Assembly: GCA_038087875.1 (NCBI GenBank)
Contig: CM075992.1
Location: 6,698,001-6,762,000 of the forward strand
DNA length: 64,000 bases
Reading direction: 5' to 3'
Source: Malacoraja senta
Lineage: Eukaryota
Shown piece after piece: positions 12,373-25,525 of this stretch. The notes beneath the pieces were generated by a model. It saw only the letters and a list, made by a program, of their open reading frames with translations, did not search any database and was not told where the DNA came from. Made by a program: the position numbers and the translations under genes. Within the stretch, counting starts at the first letter, position 1; each line of letters opens with the position of its first letter.

Positions 12373-15300
12373 GTAAAGACATGGCCCTGAACCCCTGTGA
12401 GGCTTGACCGGTCGAATGAAACTTGCCAACGGAAACGCAACTGCTTGGCTCCAGGCACCCATAGCAACCTGTAGCCAATCCAGTTCCTTCTGGAATTGGC
12501 AGACTGCACCTACGAGCCTGATATGCAATAAAGTGTTGGCTGGTCTGCTTGCTAACGTCCTCTGTGCACGGGGAAAGAACTGAACTTTCAGTTGTGAAAA
12601 GGTTAAAGGCACAGTACAACCTGCCACAGATTGGATTGTAACCTCCTGCCCATGAGCTTCAAGCTTGGTGTCCATGTTACTCCCTGCTACACAGTTGAGG
12701 AAAAATTATCAATTTGCACCATCCCATTGCTGTAAATTGAGGTGCAAGGCCTCCCGTAGTTCATCCTTTTTTGAATTATTAATCATTTAAAATCTGACGG
12801 TTGCAGTCAAAAATTGCTTTTGTGCAGCTGTCCACGGCTTGGGAGGGAGAACTCCAGGCTAGTGTTCGTGTTGACGTGACCTTCTCCACCGAGGCTGTGT
12901 GCACCAAGGCTGCGGTCAAGCTGTTACTTTCTGCCTCACAACGTAGATTGTTCCGGAAACTTGTCTTGGCAGCCATCTATGCAGCTCTCCAGTGAAGCAC
13001 AACACACTGTTGGTTGAACTGCCATTTTGCTGGAGCCCCATATGTTCCTCCACCCAGTCAGACCACGTTTCCCAGGTCTTGGTCAGTCACGCTGATTGAA
13101 ACTTGGGAATTTATTCTGATTGCATGATGGCCTTTGTTATTCCTTTGCTGTTGAACTTTGTCAGATTAGTAACCTTTTGCCGTTTAATTTAATCATAACC
13201 CACAAGTATTGTAAATTCACTGAAGTTCACTGAATGGGGATGAAGCGAGTTGTCTTCTCTGGCGTTGTTCACACCAGAGTAGAAGTCAGCTCCTCTTTGG
13301 GGCTGATGGTTCCCTGGTATAATTTTAGCATTTGCACTTTGTCTTTCTGAAATTTGAGTTGATCTCCCTGTGCAAGTTGAATCAGTCTGTTTATTTATCC
13401 TCTTTTTCTTTTAGTTCCTTGCTCTCCCTCAACCCTCGCCCTCCCATCTTTCCTCCCCTCAATCCTTCTCCAATCTTTTTTCTCCTCTATCTTTCCTCCC
13501 CCTCGATTCTTTTCTCCCTCATCTCTCCGCTCCCCAATCTTTCCCCTCCTCAATTCTACCTATCATCGCCTTCCCCAATCCTTCCTCTCCCCACCTTCTC
13601 TCCCTCGATCCTTTCCCTCTCACATCTTCTCCCCCTCAATCCTTTCTCTCTAGCCTCTCTCCTCGATCCTCTCCACCCCCATCTTTCCTCTTCCTTCCCC
13701 ATCATTCCTTTCCCTCAATACTCCCTTCCTTGTCCTGTTCTTCTCTCCCCCTCCCCCCCCCCTTCTCTCAACCCTCTCCTTTATCTCTACATGCAAACCA
13801 GCTCTCCAGCATACAGTTATGGTTCCAATGCTCACGGGGATCCCCATTTGTGTAGAATTTGTATTTTAAGCTATTTAATTTGGTTAAAACTTTGTTCCAA
13901 TAATGGGCTGCTCACTGCCTCCCATTTGCTTACAAAATGCATGCCAATGTCAAAGTGCCTGTATGGTCTGTGCAGTTGCGTCTTTTCTCCCTGTTTTTTG
14001 ACTCCACTGTTACAGTATTGGCTTTCCCAAAGAGGACAAAGTGACCTTGTTGGAACCTTGGCTGTAAGGCTGGCTGTTTAATGACTTTGATGGGATGTTT
14101 TGTTCTCCACATGGCTCATCGTTTTAGGAATTCCATTGGCAGCAGGCTGCTACAAGTGCCTGGAGCTGGATTTCTGTCAGTAAGGTTCATAGCATGCTGG
14201 TAACTATGAAGTGTTGATTAAAGGCCCTGTGTCTTCTCATAGCTCACGATGGGTGCATGTGTTGCTATTTAAAAATTAAAACTCAGCTTCCCATAGCGAC
14301 AGCGAACAAAGGGGATTAATGTCTCATAAATTTATAATCCCCCAAACAATCTATTATGTGTATTATTTTACATAAAACAAAATGACATGGGTCTTTAATG
14401 GACAATTCTTTGATTTTGGCTTAGAAAATCATCTCAATGTGGGGGAATTTTTTTTATTTTTTTATTTTAATAAATGTGTAGCATTGCTTGCCATATCAAT
14501 ACCTGGGCCATGCAATGGCATAGTGAGAATGAGGAGAGTCTATTAAACTCATCCCCACAAAATTTGTCCTCAACTAGGATAAACTCATAAGACTTGAGTT
14601 TTTCGAGCTTTCAAGCAACATGAGATTCGGTGTTGGAAGTTGTCCACTCCCTGCCCCCCCTTCGATGTTGAGAATGAGTCATAACCTTCCCTTCCCATTC
14701 CAAAATCACACCAAATACACCAGGAACAATTGGCAGTGGTCTAACAGAACAATTGTATGGCACAACAATCAGATCTTAACATGTCTACATGGGCTTGCTT
14801 TCAGGCCATGCACAAATCACTCCATCTAGGTGATGTTAAAACCATTTTTAAAAACTGCACTGGTTATAAGTCCTGAAATTGCACTGCCCCGACCTCTCCG
14901 CTAAAGGTAGCTTATTACAAACGCATCACTGTGTGTGGTCACTGCAAGTGGATGCCGAAACAAAACAGCAAAATAGCCCCGTCACCTCAGTGCTTGAGAG
15001 CTGGAGCAGCATCCCCCAGCATCAGGATAGGGATGAAAGTTCATATTGTGTGATATTGTTAAGAGAAATATACTTTTTTTAAAAATATTCATACGAGTCA
15101 ACTTTCTCCTGGCTCCACTTAGGCCTTGCTGATTCTCACAGGGAAGTGTAGCTAGATCAGCTCGTGACTGAATTGGCTCTGTGTAAAGCCCCATGGTCCC
15201 TTGTGAGATTTCTTCTTCATTAAAGCCAAACCTTGGCCCAAACTGGTTTTGGAGGACGGGGGGTTAGAACAGTTGAATTTAACACTATTGGAAGAGGATC

Positions 15301-16509
15301 GTTCTCTCAGCTTGGTCGGAGATATCACATCTTGCCTTAATTCTTTGAGGAGCACTATGCATCAGGAACTAATTTTCCAGCTAAACTAAATTGTGAGGTG
15401 TATTCAGGGAGGTCATCCACACAATACTTTGCACATCACTTTTTTTGTTTCTTAAAATTTTAGAAAGACACTTATGGCTGATTCCATTGTTTCTTTGGCT
15501 TATGTACATTTTGCACAGTGTACTGCTTTGGTATCTAATATCCATTATTTGACTAGCCAGCATCCAAAGCCTGTAGTAAAGTTACAGTGAGCTTGCCTTC
15601 AGCAAAAGCAACACAGTTGTTCAGTGTTTCATAGTTTGAACTTTTTTATTAACAAATGAGCATTCCCATAATGTCTGATTGGGTGCATCTGACTTTTTTT
15701 TATTGCCCAGTGATAACCTCGATACAGCTGTCTACTTCATACCGTTGCTTGTAACTAACTGCTTAAAAAGTTTTTTTTTTTTTACTGCATGCAGTTTGCT
15801 TATTTCGGTCATGCTTTGTTTAAAAGCAAGGAGGCTTGGCTACTACTGTGGGCTGTGAGGAGGGTATGGTGAGAAATGGCCATTGTAACTGAAGTGCACA
15901 AGTTGCGTCACATAGAACAGCGCTAGTGATGTCCAACCTTCCTGTAAATAACTATCCTGTAGGCAGAGTAGGTCAGCCTGAGGAATTGACCTTTGCCCAC
16001 AGACTGCCCTTCAAGAGAAATATGGAAGTGCCCCTTTTCTCCCACCCCCAGGTTATCTACAATCTAGTTTTGCTGATGAGGGGTGCTTGCTTTCACCTGG
16101 ATGGGAGCAAATTTATATTGAATGAAAATGAGCGAATACAGGCAGGATTAAGCCTCGTTACTGCAGAGAATAGGGTAGCGAATATATACTTTAACTTTCC
16201 TCATCATCCCGTCTCTTCACAGTGTGACCTGAATTCTCAGTCTTTGCGGCTAATTCCTTCAATATAAGTGGCATGGTCTGTTTAGTGGGTGGGGGGAGGG
16301 GTTGCAGACACCAGCTTAGAGATCGGGCAGCCTGACTGAGACACCAGCTATGTACCTGGATTGGCAACTGGTGCAAGAATGTGCTTTGGAAGTAGGAGAG
16401 GATGTGTTGTACTGGAAGGGATTGAGTTGCCATTTTTTTTTTAATGTTTTTCTTTTACCTGAAAGACTTGCCGTTTAAGGCTGTTTGTTATTGTGTTATG
16501 TTTTCCTAG

Positions 16510-16652
16510 GCTCATCGAGCGGTGGACCGGGTGGAGTTATTGCCAGCAGCAGTCACTATTCGATCAACAATCAGTTCACCATGGGCGGCCCTGCCATCTC
16601 AATGGCCTCTCCGATGTCCATAAGCACCAACACAATGCACTATGGCAGCTAA
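16510..16652 (+). CDS. CARM1: CARM1 terminal coding exon
   Basis: (G)SSSGGPGGVIASSSHYSINNQFTMGGPAISMASPMSISTNTMHYGS*; matches the conserved CARM1 C-terminus; acceptor ttttcctag|; TAA at 16650-16652. Confidence 0.96.
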
Positions 16653-16914
16653 GAGTTCACAACACCACCTCTGACCTTTAGAACTGATACTTTCAAGAGG
16701 AATTAAAAAAAAAAAATCCAGATTCAGTTCCCTCCAAAAAAAAAAGTCTATGAATTGTCCAAATTCATCGTCCCATGGATTTAGCTAAGCCTGAGATGGG
16801 GGAAGTAGGTGTGTGCGTGAGGGATGGGTAGGGAAGGTGTCTTTTTTTCTTGTTTTTTGCCATGGAGATACAATAATGCTTTGATACCAGACTTGTAAAG
16901 TTTTATACACTTAA

Positions 16915-16920
16915 AATAAA
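16915..16920 (+). terminator. Candidate proximal polyadenylation signal of CARM1 (further AATAAA at 18649 and 21989)
   Basis: AATAAA about 260 nt after the stop codon; usage cannot be shown from sequence. Confidence 0.5.
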
Positions 16921-19900
16921 CAAGAAGGGGGGGTGGATGAAACAATGATTGCTGTCTGATCCTGCAATTGGTTTGTAGTCAGTAGATTTCCTTGCTAGTC
17001 TGTCTTCTAGAAATCCTGTCATAAGTGTTAATGCACCTTCCACTACAGATTTATCAGGCTAATGGAGCCAGTGGTTTATGGAGGGTTTTTCTTCTCCAGT
17101 GTGCCCCAACCTCACCTCCCCTCACTCCCTCCATTACCGCTAACCTCAAATAAATCACTCCGCAATTTCAATTGGCATTTTTAAAACTCTAAATTGGCTT
17201 TGGGCATGAGCAGGCTGACTATCAAATGTATTTGATATTTGGACATGGTTTCATTTAAACCATTTGGTGTGTTTTAAAAGTTTAAGCACCAGCAGGCAGG
17301 TGGAAATATTTCCCTGACTGAAACGTGTAATGAAAGAGAAGCTTTAAGCTTGTTTTGTGAAGGACAGTTTTGCAGATTTGGTGTTGGCTATAGTAAAGGA
17401 GGAGGAATTGGATTATATATATATTTTTGGTGTTGAATTCTCCGTTCCTTTATACCTGTCTGGTTTGCCTCTTTGTCTGCCTGCCCTGTTTCTTCGTTTT
17501 GACAGTTTTTGCAGGATCACCTCAAAGCTCAGCAACGTAATGGCCGGCATCGTGCGCGGCACTGGGAGCGGCAAATAACCCTGCGGAGGGGCGAATCTGG
17601 CGCTCGGCGTTGCCGGGACGGACCTTGAGCAATCCACCTCGTCACGGAATCCAACCCAAATGTGATTCCTTAACGCTTTGCATGCAGACATTTACACTGA
17701 AGAATGACCGAGGCTCTTGCGCTGCATCCTCGCCTGGCTGTTTTCAACAGTTCCGCTTCTCAGTGCTACATGTCTGCCGATATCTTGAACGTGATTTGTT
17801 CTTGGGTTCAAACTACATGCAATGGTAGGTTGAGGGCACTGTTCAGGTGCCATTGCTATTGGTGCCATACATACAGGACTTAAAAACGGGTCTGGCTGCT
17901 TTGGCAGCAACTTGTGTGGGTATATATGTTGGAATTTGTTTCTTCGTACCTTTAAAGGGATGCTGCTGAATTGGGTTCTAGGTGTTCTCCAGCAGTGCGA
18001 CACCACAGTTAGGGTACAGGATTTTGTGCTCCACACTCCAGATTAATTCATTCTACTTGCCTACACGTTTGCCTCTGATTAACTTCCAAACCTCGAGATT
18101 GATGGGAATGAAACTTTGCTTTTCTATCAGATGGAGAGGAAACGGGGCTGTTTTTCCAGCATCTTCTGATTGTAACTTGCAGCAATGTCTGTATATTTCT
18201 ATTGAAATAGTTGTATAATTGCTGGCAGCAATCTCTGATAGAAGAATTTATTTAATCTCTGCAGACTATAAATTCTCGATGTCTTGTCATACAAGGCATT
18301 TTACTTTTTTTGAGGAAAGGATTCAAAGCCTCCTGGCTCCTTTCCTTTCCAAAATCTTGTGCCCTGACTAAGTTCTTTGGCTGCCTTTATTTTTCATGTT
18401 GTCTTTAATGCTTTTGCCGTATGCAAACTAAATCAGCAGCCATTGCAGTGCCAGGGACGGAGGGGAACCAGCCCTGATTTCCCTGCGCAAGCTGATAAAA
18501 TAGTTCTCTGCACACCGATTTTCTATTTGATACACCGTGACCTAAAACGTTGAGGATCAGGATAGAGTTGTTATGAAGGGGTCGGCTACAGTTTAGTGAT
18601 GTGTGAGACTGCGTGTTTGTGTGTGCGAGAGAGAACTTGAACCTCTGCAATAAAATCTTACGTCGCCTCTTTTGCATGATGCTTCAGTGCAAGGATTGAA
18701 TTTAACTGGGAGGTGCTCCTTCACCTGCCTTCCCGGTATGGATCTGATAGATGAGTTGACTAACAAGAGCCCTCCACCAATACATGGCAGTGTGAGTTTA
18801 CTTGTGTGGCGGCAGCTGAGTCTTGCAGGAAGCATTGGCAAACTGAGATCTGTTTTTACCGAGTATCTGCAGTTCCCAGAGACCTTTAGAGATTCGAGTT
18901 GTATTCTATCCAGTTGAACTTCTGACTACTAGCGGGGGTGAGTGGTTAAATTCACCTGTATGCAGTGGTTGTCATGTGGGGAAGTACACCAGGATATTAC
19001 TGGGACTAACGTCCAACAAGTATCTTGTTCCTGTAGATGTCCGCAGATCTCTGTAATGAGCCCCAGGTTTTTTTAGACAAACTTTTTTTTTTTAATGTGC
19101 ATCCGTGCTTGCAAATTATGGGACCCCTGCATCTTACAATAACCACTGTGAAAGAAAATAAAAGGAGACAAAATGCCTGAGTAACTCAGCAGGTCAGACA
19201 GCATTTCTGGAAAACATGGATAGGTGATGTTCAAAGGGTCCTGACCCAAAATGTCTCCTGTCCATGTTCTCCAGAGATGCTGCCTGTGAGTCTCTTTTTT
19301 GGTAAGCAGTTCCTTGTTTCTACAACCACTTTGGACAAAATTAACAATAGAAACAAGGATAGACACAAAAAGCTGGAGTAACTCAGCCGGGCAGGCAACA
19401 TCTCTGGAGAGAAGGAATGGGTGACGTTTCGGGTCCAGACCCTTCAGAGTAGAAACGAGGAGTCCATGATCCCTGACTATTGTACAATCTTCAAATGCAA
19501 CATGTTCCTTCCATATCTGGGATGGAATAGAAAGTCTGTTCTCTCGTTTCCATCTCGCTGCACACAATCCCATGTCTTCCCTTTTGAAAGAGTGGCATGT
19601 TGCCAACTATTTATATTGAAGGGTGACGAGGAAGCTGTTTTAAACGAGATGAACCCTCTAATTTACTTCACTGTTGTCCTTTAGTCCTATCAAGTGTGGC
19701 ACTCCTGTCTTTGCAATGGTCGCCCGCAACTGACTAGTTCAGGGTACTTTGTCGTCCCCATTAGGTCAAAGCAGCATCGGGGGCCTTTCTGCCCATTAAG
19801 CCTCTGCCAGCATGCAGAGCAATGGCATCAATCCTATTTCTCTGTGACCCATTGCTTTTCACATGCCCATTAACTCTCCTGATTCTCCTGCACCCCCAGC

Positions 19901-22817
19901 CGATCTCCGAGAGGGAACACTTGGGGGAAGCCCACATGCCCAGGGAGGGAGAACATGCAAACTCTACTCGGACAGCACTGTGCTCGAGGTCAACAGCAAC
20001 ACTAACTGCGTCACCACTCTGTTCTCTCAATCAATTTGGATGTGTCCATTTGCACTTCTTGCCATGTTTGTTTAACTTTTCCAACACTATTACTCGCTTT
20101 AGTATCATCCTCCACCCAATCTGCCTCCTCCACTTGCCCTGTTTCTCCCTCACATCAAAAGAAGACATGCAGCTGACCTAGTCAATGCTAGTGTGTAGGA
20201 AGGAACTGCAGATACTGGTTATACGCCGAAGACAGTAACTCAGCGGGATATAGGCAGCAGGACGGGTCTAAAGGTCTCGACCAGAAACGTCACCCATTCT
20301 TTCTTAAGAGATACTGCCTTTCCCACTGAGTTTCCGCAGTGTGTGTTGCCATCTTCTAATGAATACTAGTCTAGACACGAATCATAGTTCATGCCCACAG
20401 ATCTGATGAGCGAGAACTAGCTCAAGTTTTTATGGCTGTGGGGTTTGTTTTTTTATGATACTACTCTTCAATTCCCTATTATTTACAGCATTATCCTGAG
20501 ATTTCACTTTTGGTTAAATCCCCCCCATTTGTTCTTGTGGCTGAGACTCCGTTCTGCACAGGCTTGGGGCGACTCCATGCTGAATATTTTCCCCCCCATA
20601 GATCGCGATTCGCCCAGTATTGTTCCTTGGGATGTGCCATGGAACGGGATAATTTCCCTGAACATCAGGCAGCATTTAGGGCAGCAGGTAGAGCTGCTGT
20701 CTCAGCGCCAAAGACCCGGGTTCAATCCTGAGCTCAGGTGCTTCTGTGTGGAGTTTGCACCGTCTCCCTGTGACTGCGTGGGTTTCCTCCAGGTGCACTC
20801 ACATCCCACGGTTTGGGTCTCTGTTAATTGCCCCTGGTGTGTGGAGATCGGATGTGAAAGTGGGATAACGTAGAAGTAGTGTGATCAATGGTGGACTGAA
20901 GGGCTGAAGGGCTACAAACTTTCCATGTTTTCTCTTTTAATTACTTGAGATGGCCGACTGAGAATTGTCTGGCTTTCTGAGTTTAGGTCGGTGGGGAGGG
21001 AGAAAATGCGTTTCTGTTCGGACACATCTGCAAGCTGGTTATTAACGTCTGCAAGGACTCGCAATAATCTGCTCAATAAATGTTAAATACGTCTGCACTT
21101 GTTGTGGAAACGCGTGGGATGTGTGGGGCACGAGTGAGTTGTTGACTGTGCACAGCCGAGGGAACCAGTGCCACGTGGCTGGGTTTATTGGAGAAACAGA
21201 TCTGCCGAGTGTTGGTGCAGCCGGCATCTCTCGCAGGGGTGCAAACACTTGCGCCAGTAATCCTCCGTCAGTGTGATCTGCTACAGAGTACTCTAGAGCA
21301 GGCATGACTTCAACTTTAGCCTCATCCTCCTCAAATAGGCAGCTTTTGTAGAATATTTCTACAGTAAAAAGGATTTTAAAAAATAATAGAATGGGTAAGG
21401 TTTAATGTGATAAATTATCACAGTGGCTGACAGCAAGGAGAATTGATCCATGATTAGCTGGGCAGGCAGCACAGTGTATCTGGTGAAACCTGAATGGAAC
21501 AGTTCAGGGTTGCGAATGTGGATCCCATTTGAAAGTTATTCTTGTGTTAGTAGCCCTTTTTTTTTTAGTAGTCCTTGTACTAGGGTTGCGGGTACATGAG
21601 GTGTGAACAAATATTGTGAGGGTCTTCACTCGCCTGGTGAACTAGGCTTAAGTGAGAGACCTTGTAAAAGTCTCCCCTGCACAATTGGTACAATGCATTG
21701 GGTGGAATTAGTCTCCATTTTGTTCGATCTTAAAACCTCTTACTTTACAAATGCGAGTCGATGTTGACCCTGAACTATCTTCTGGTTAATCCATTTACAG
21801 CTATCCTGATCCAACAACCCTTGCTAGAGGATTTAACATATTGTAGTTCAGTGTTTTAGCACAATTTAGAAATGTTTGTGTAGAATGAGTAGATCTTTGT
21901 TCATCTGTGTTGTGTGTAGATTTTATTACAGCAACATGAGATTGTTAGACTGTTAGAAAATCATAATCCTGTAATACATGAATTATCAAATAAAACACTA
22001 ATATTACATGCTTTGTGACTTGACTTTGCCTCTCTGCTGCCGGCTCTGTTTGGAAGAATGGTCTTAGATGTGGGGTCTTCCGCTGTTGATGTCTTGCTTT
22101 GAACGAAGATCTTTTTCTCTACTTTGCAATACCTTGGTGACATTGGAAGAGCCATGCAGAGGTGACATTTAAAATATTACCTGGCTCATGGGAACTTCTG
22201 AATATCCTGGTGGGAAGATCTGCTCAAACTACTGGGTGGGGGTATTTAAACTGGTCTGGCAGCAGGATGGGATCCAAAGCAGTACTGAAGCAGATACTGA
22301 AGTTAAAGAGCAAGTTCAGTGAAAAGGACTGGCAGGAACACAGCACAGTGTAAGGAGGGGCCTTCTGGATGAACTGCATTTACTTTGATGCAGGAGATCT
22401 CTCGGGCAAGGTCGATGAACTCTGGCCTTGGATATGTAGATGGGATATTATCGCTATTACAGAAACATGAGTTGCCAGTCCTGTCCCTTGGCCAATGCTC
22501 TGGGGTATAAATGCTGCAGGAGAGAGAATGCTGGAGGAGTGGGAATTTGTTTTAATTGGAGAGAACACAGGGATACTTTGAAATTCTCATCCTAGGCAAT
22601 CATCCAGTGAAGCCAAATGGGCAGAACTGAGAAATAAGGGGATGATAATGTTGATGGGATTGTACCATACCCCCATAACCACCACCCCAATGCCCCTGAT
22701 AGTGAGCGGGAGTGAGAGGAACAAACGTGTAGGGAAATCACAGGTAGCTCCAAAGATAATAGGGTTGTAATAGTAGTGGGATTTTATCTTTCCAAATATT
22801 GACTAGGACTGCCATAG

Positions 22818-23340
22818 TCAAGTCAATGTTATTTCTATAGCACATTTAAAAAAACAACTCTCGTTGACCAAAGTGCTTTACATCAGTGCAGGTACTAACG
22901 TTCTACAAACAGAGGTACAAAGATCTAACAATACATACATTAAATACATACATACAGCACTCCCTCAGAGGACCTCAAGAAACGCTTGTGAGTAAAAATA
23001 TGTTTTAAGTGGACTTAAAAGAGTTGATGGAGGGGGCAGTTCTGATGGGAAGAGGGATGCTGTTCCATAGTCTAGGTGCTGCAACCGCAAAAGCGCGGTC
23101 GCCTCTGAGCTTATGCCTGGACCGAGGGATGGTTAGTAATCCCAAGTCGGCCGACCTGAGGGACCTGGAGGTGGAATGGTGGGTTAGCAGATTTTTGATG
23201 TAGGTGGGGGCAAGCCCGTTAAGGGCTTTGTATACATAAAGAAGGAGCTTGAAATTGATTCTGAACCGCACTGGGAGCCAGTGGAGAGAGGCCAGAATCA
23301 GGGTGATGTGGTCCCTTTTTCGGGTGCCCGTCGGAAGTCT
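22818..23340 (-). mobile_element. 5'-truncated L2-clade LINE, same family as 2936-3640
   Basis: ORF 23005-23271 and 3' tail closely match the first copy. Confidence 0.9.
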
Positions 23341-23940
23341 ACAATAAGTACTACAATAAGGTGGAATATGTGTGCACAGGAATATTTTCTCAATATATAG
23401 GTGGTCCTACTAGCGAAGAGCAAATCTACCTCTTGGGAAATAAGGCAGGACAGATGCCTGATGTGTTGGTGGGGGAGAATTTTGACACCAGTGACTATAA
23501 TTTATTAATTGTGATGGGAAAATATAAAACTGGTCATAAAACATAGAATTGTACAGGGCAGAGAGGATGTTCGGTCCACAATGTCTGTTGAACATGATAC
23601 CAAATTAAACTAATATCTGCACATGATCCATTTTACTACATACCCATGTTACTGCATACCCAGGCTCTAAAAGCCTCTTAAACACCTTCATATCTACCTC
23701 CACCACCACCCCTGGAAGAGTGAAACTTGTCAGGTCGCACCCTATGATGCTCCAGAGAATTTGTTCAACCTCTCCTTTTAGCTAATAGCCTCTCATTGTG
23801 ACATCCTGCTTGGAAATTGAGGACAGAACTGATGAAAGTTTATAAAATTGTGAGACGAATTGATAGGGTGGACAGTAAGAGCCTTTCTCTGAGAATGGAA
23901 GAGATCAGAGGCCATAGCTTTATGGTGAGTTCATAAATTA

Positions 23941-24207
23941 CTTACTGCCTATTGTGCCTCCTGGCATGTAGAGCATATTTGCTGTTTCCATAACATATTT
24001 GTTTTACGAGACAGCACAGAGTTGTTAGCCCTGTGTTCAACCTCCAACCTGGAGGACCAGTGGATCGCTCTTTGTCTCGCCTCTACCCTTCGACCTGTCC
24101 AGCATGAGAGATGCTAACAGGAGACGAATCTCCCGCTGGCATAGCTCTAGGGGTCACTGAAACACACAAGCTCCCCGACCACGACAAGGTTGCAATCCAA
24201 CGGGGAG
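23941..24207 (-). mobile_element. Short internally deleted RTE-like retroelement
   Basis: 14-bp TSD GAGTTCATAAATTA at 23927-23940 and 24208-24221; minus-strand 5' end CCTTGTCGTGG...GAGCTATGCC resembles RTE 5' UTRs; ends in a GTAAG(TAA) tail. Confidence 0.7.
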
Positions 24208-24954
24208 GAGTTCATAAATTATAGGAGTAGAATTAGGTCATTCGGCCCATCGAGTCCACTCTGCCATTAAATAATGGCTGATCTCTGAAAACCATTTTCC
24301 TGCTTTCTCCCCATAACCCTTGACACCCATTGTGCTGCCAGGGATCATGGTGGAGGCAGATATGATAGAAACATAGAAAATAGGTGCAGGAGTAGGCCAT
24401 TCGGTCCATTGAGCCTGCACCGCCATTCAATATGATCATGGCTGATCATATTGGTGTTTAAAAGGCTTATACATAAAGGAATATGGAGTGATATGGATCA
24501 TGTGCAAGCAGAGATTAATTTAACTTAGCATCATGTTCAGCACGGGCATTGTGGGCCGAAGGGCCTGATGCTCATAGAAAGTGCCCGGGGATCCTAGGAA
24601 CAGAATTAGGCCATTCGGCCCATCAAGTCTACCCCGCCATTCAATCATGGCTGATCTATCCCCATTCTCCTGCCTTCTCCCCATAACCCCCGACACCAGG
24701 GCTAATGAGAAGCCATCACTGGAGTAACAGCGGCTCAGGCAGCATCTGCAGACTGGTTCCTTGGTTTCTTGGTCCTCCAAAATATTCCAAATGGAATTTA
24801 AACTGGAGGTGGTGGAGGGAGGACTTAAGTCAGAAAGGGTTTTTGGGAAGAAAGAGCGACCTTAAATTTAGTTGCATCTGGTTGGGTAACTATGGTAGGA
24901 TGAAGATTATTCCATGCTTTCCATCCCAAAGATCCATCCTACACGAGGTAATTA

Positions 24955-25400
24955 TTGTCCGCCGACATTAAAGACCCAGTGAGGAGGCCGGGCACCTGGT
25001 GCTGCGGGCGGTGCGACCGACTCGTGGTCCCCAGGCGGGGTTGCGGGCGGAACGTTTCTCCGAGCCGCGGGTTCCGCCCGGACCGCCAAGAAGGAAGCGG
25101 CGGAAGCTCCCGGCTCCAACATGGCGGCCGTGTGGAGGCGGCTGACGGAAGCGGCGGCGGCGGCGGCACCGGGCCGGCCCGGACACTGGGCGCGTTTCAC
25201 GGCGACGGCGACGGCGGCAGCGACGGCGACTCGGCCCGAGCTCCGGGCGCGGCTCCGCGACAGCAGAGTTGGTGAGAGGCCGCGGCCGGGGGGGCCAATC
25301 AGTCCCGGGATTCTCCCCCCCCTCACGTGACCACGCCCGGCGCTGACCCCTGACCCTCCCCCGTCACGTGGCGGGCGGGAAGGCGGCGCTTCGGCCCATC
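24955..25400 (+). promoter_or_regulatory. CpG-island promoter of TIMM29
   Basis: Very GC/CpG-rich; ETS-like CGGAAG motifs; YY1-type CAACATGGCGGC over the ATG (25117-25128); E-boxes CACGTG at 25324 and 25365. Confidence 0.85.
25121..25271 (+). CDS. TIMM29: TIMM29 (TIM22 complex subunit, C19orf52) coding exon 1
   Basis: Good Kozak aacATGG; MAAVWRRLTEAAAAAAPGRPGHWARF...RLRDSRV(G) is Arg/Ala-rich like a mitochondrial presequence; donor G|gtgaga phase 1 fits exon 2. Confidence 0.85.
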
Positions 25401-25525
25401 CAGCCCCTGCTCTCACTCCATTGCATTGTCCCCACGTTCCCGTCCATCCACTCCCTACACACACACTGGGGACAATTTGCAATTATACTGAAGCGAATTA
25501 ACCTACAAACCTGTACGTCTTAGGA

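Noticed and set aside
24939..25482. Antisense and alternative-frame ORFs over the TIMM29 CpG island
   Set aside because: Expected in GC-rich DNA; no recognisable protein
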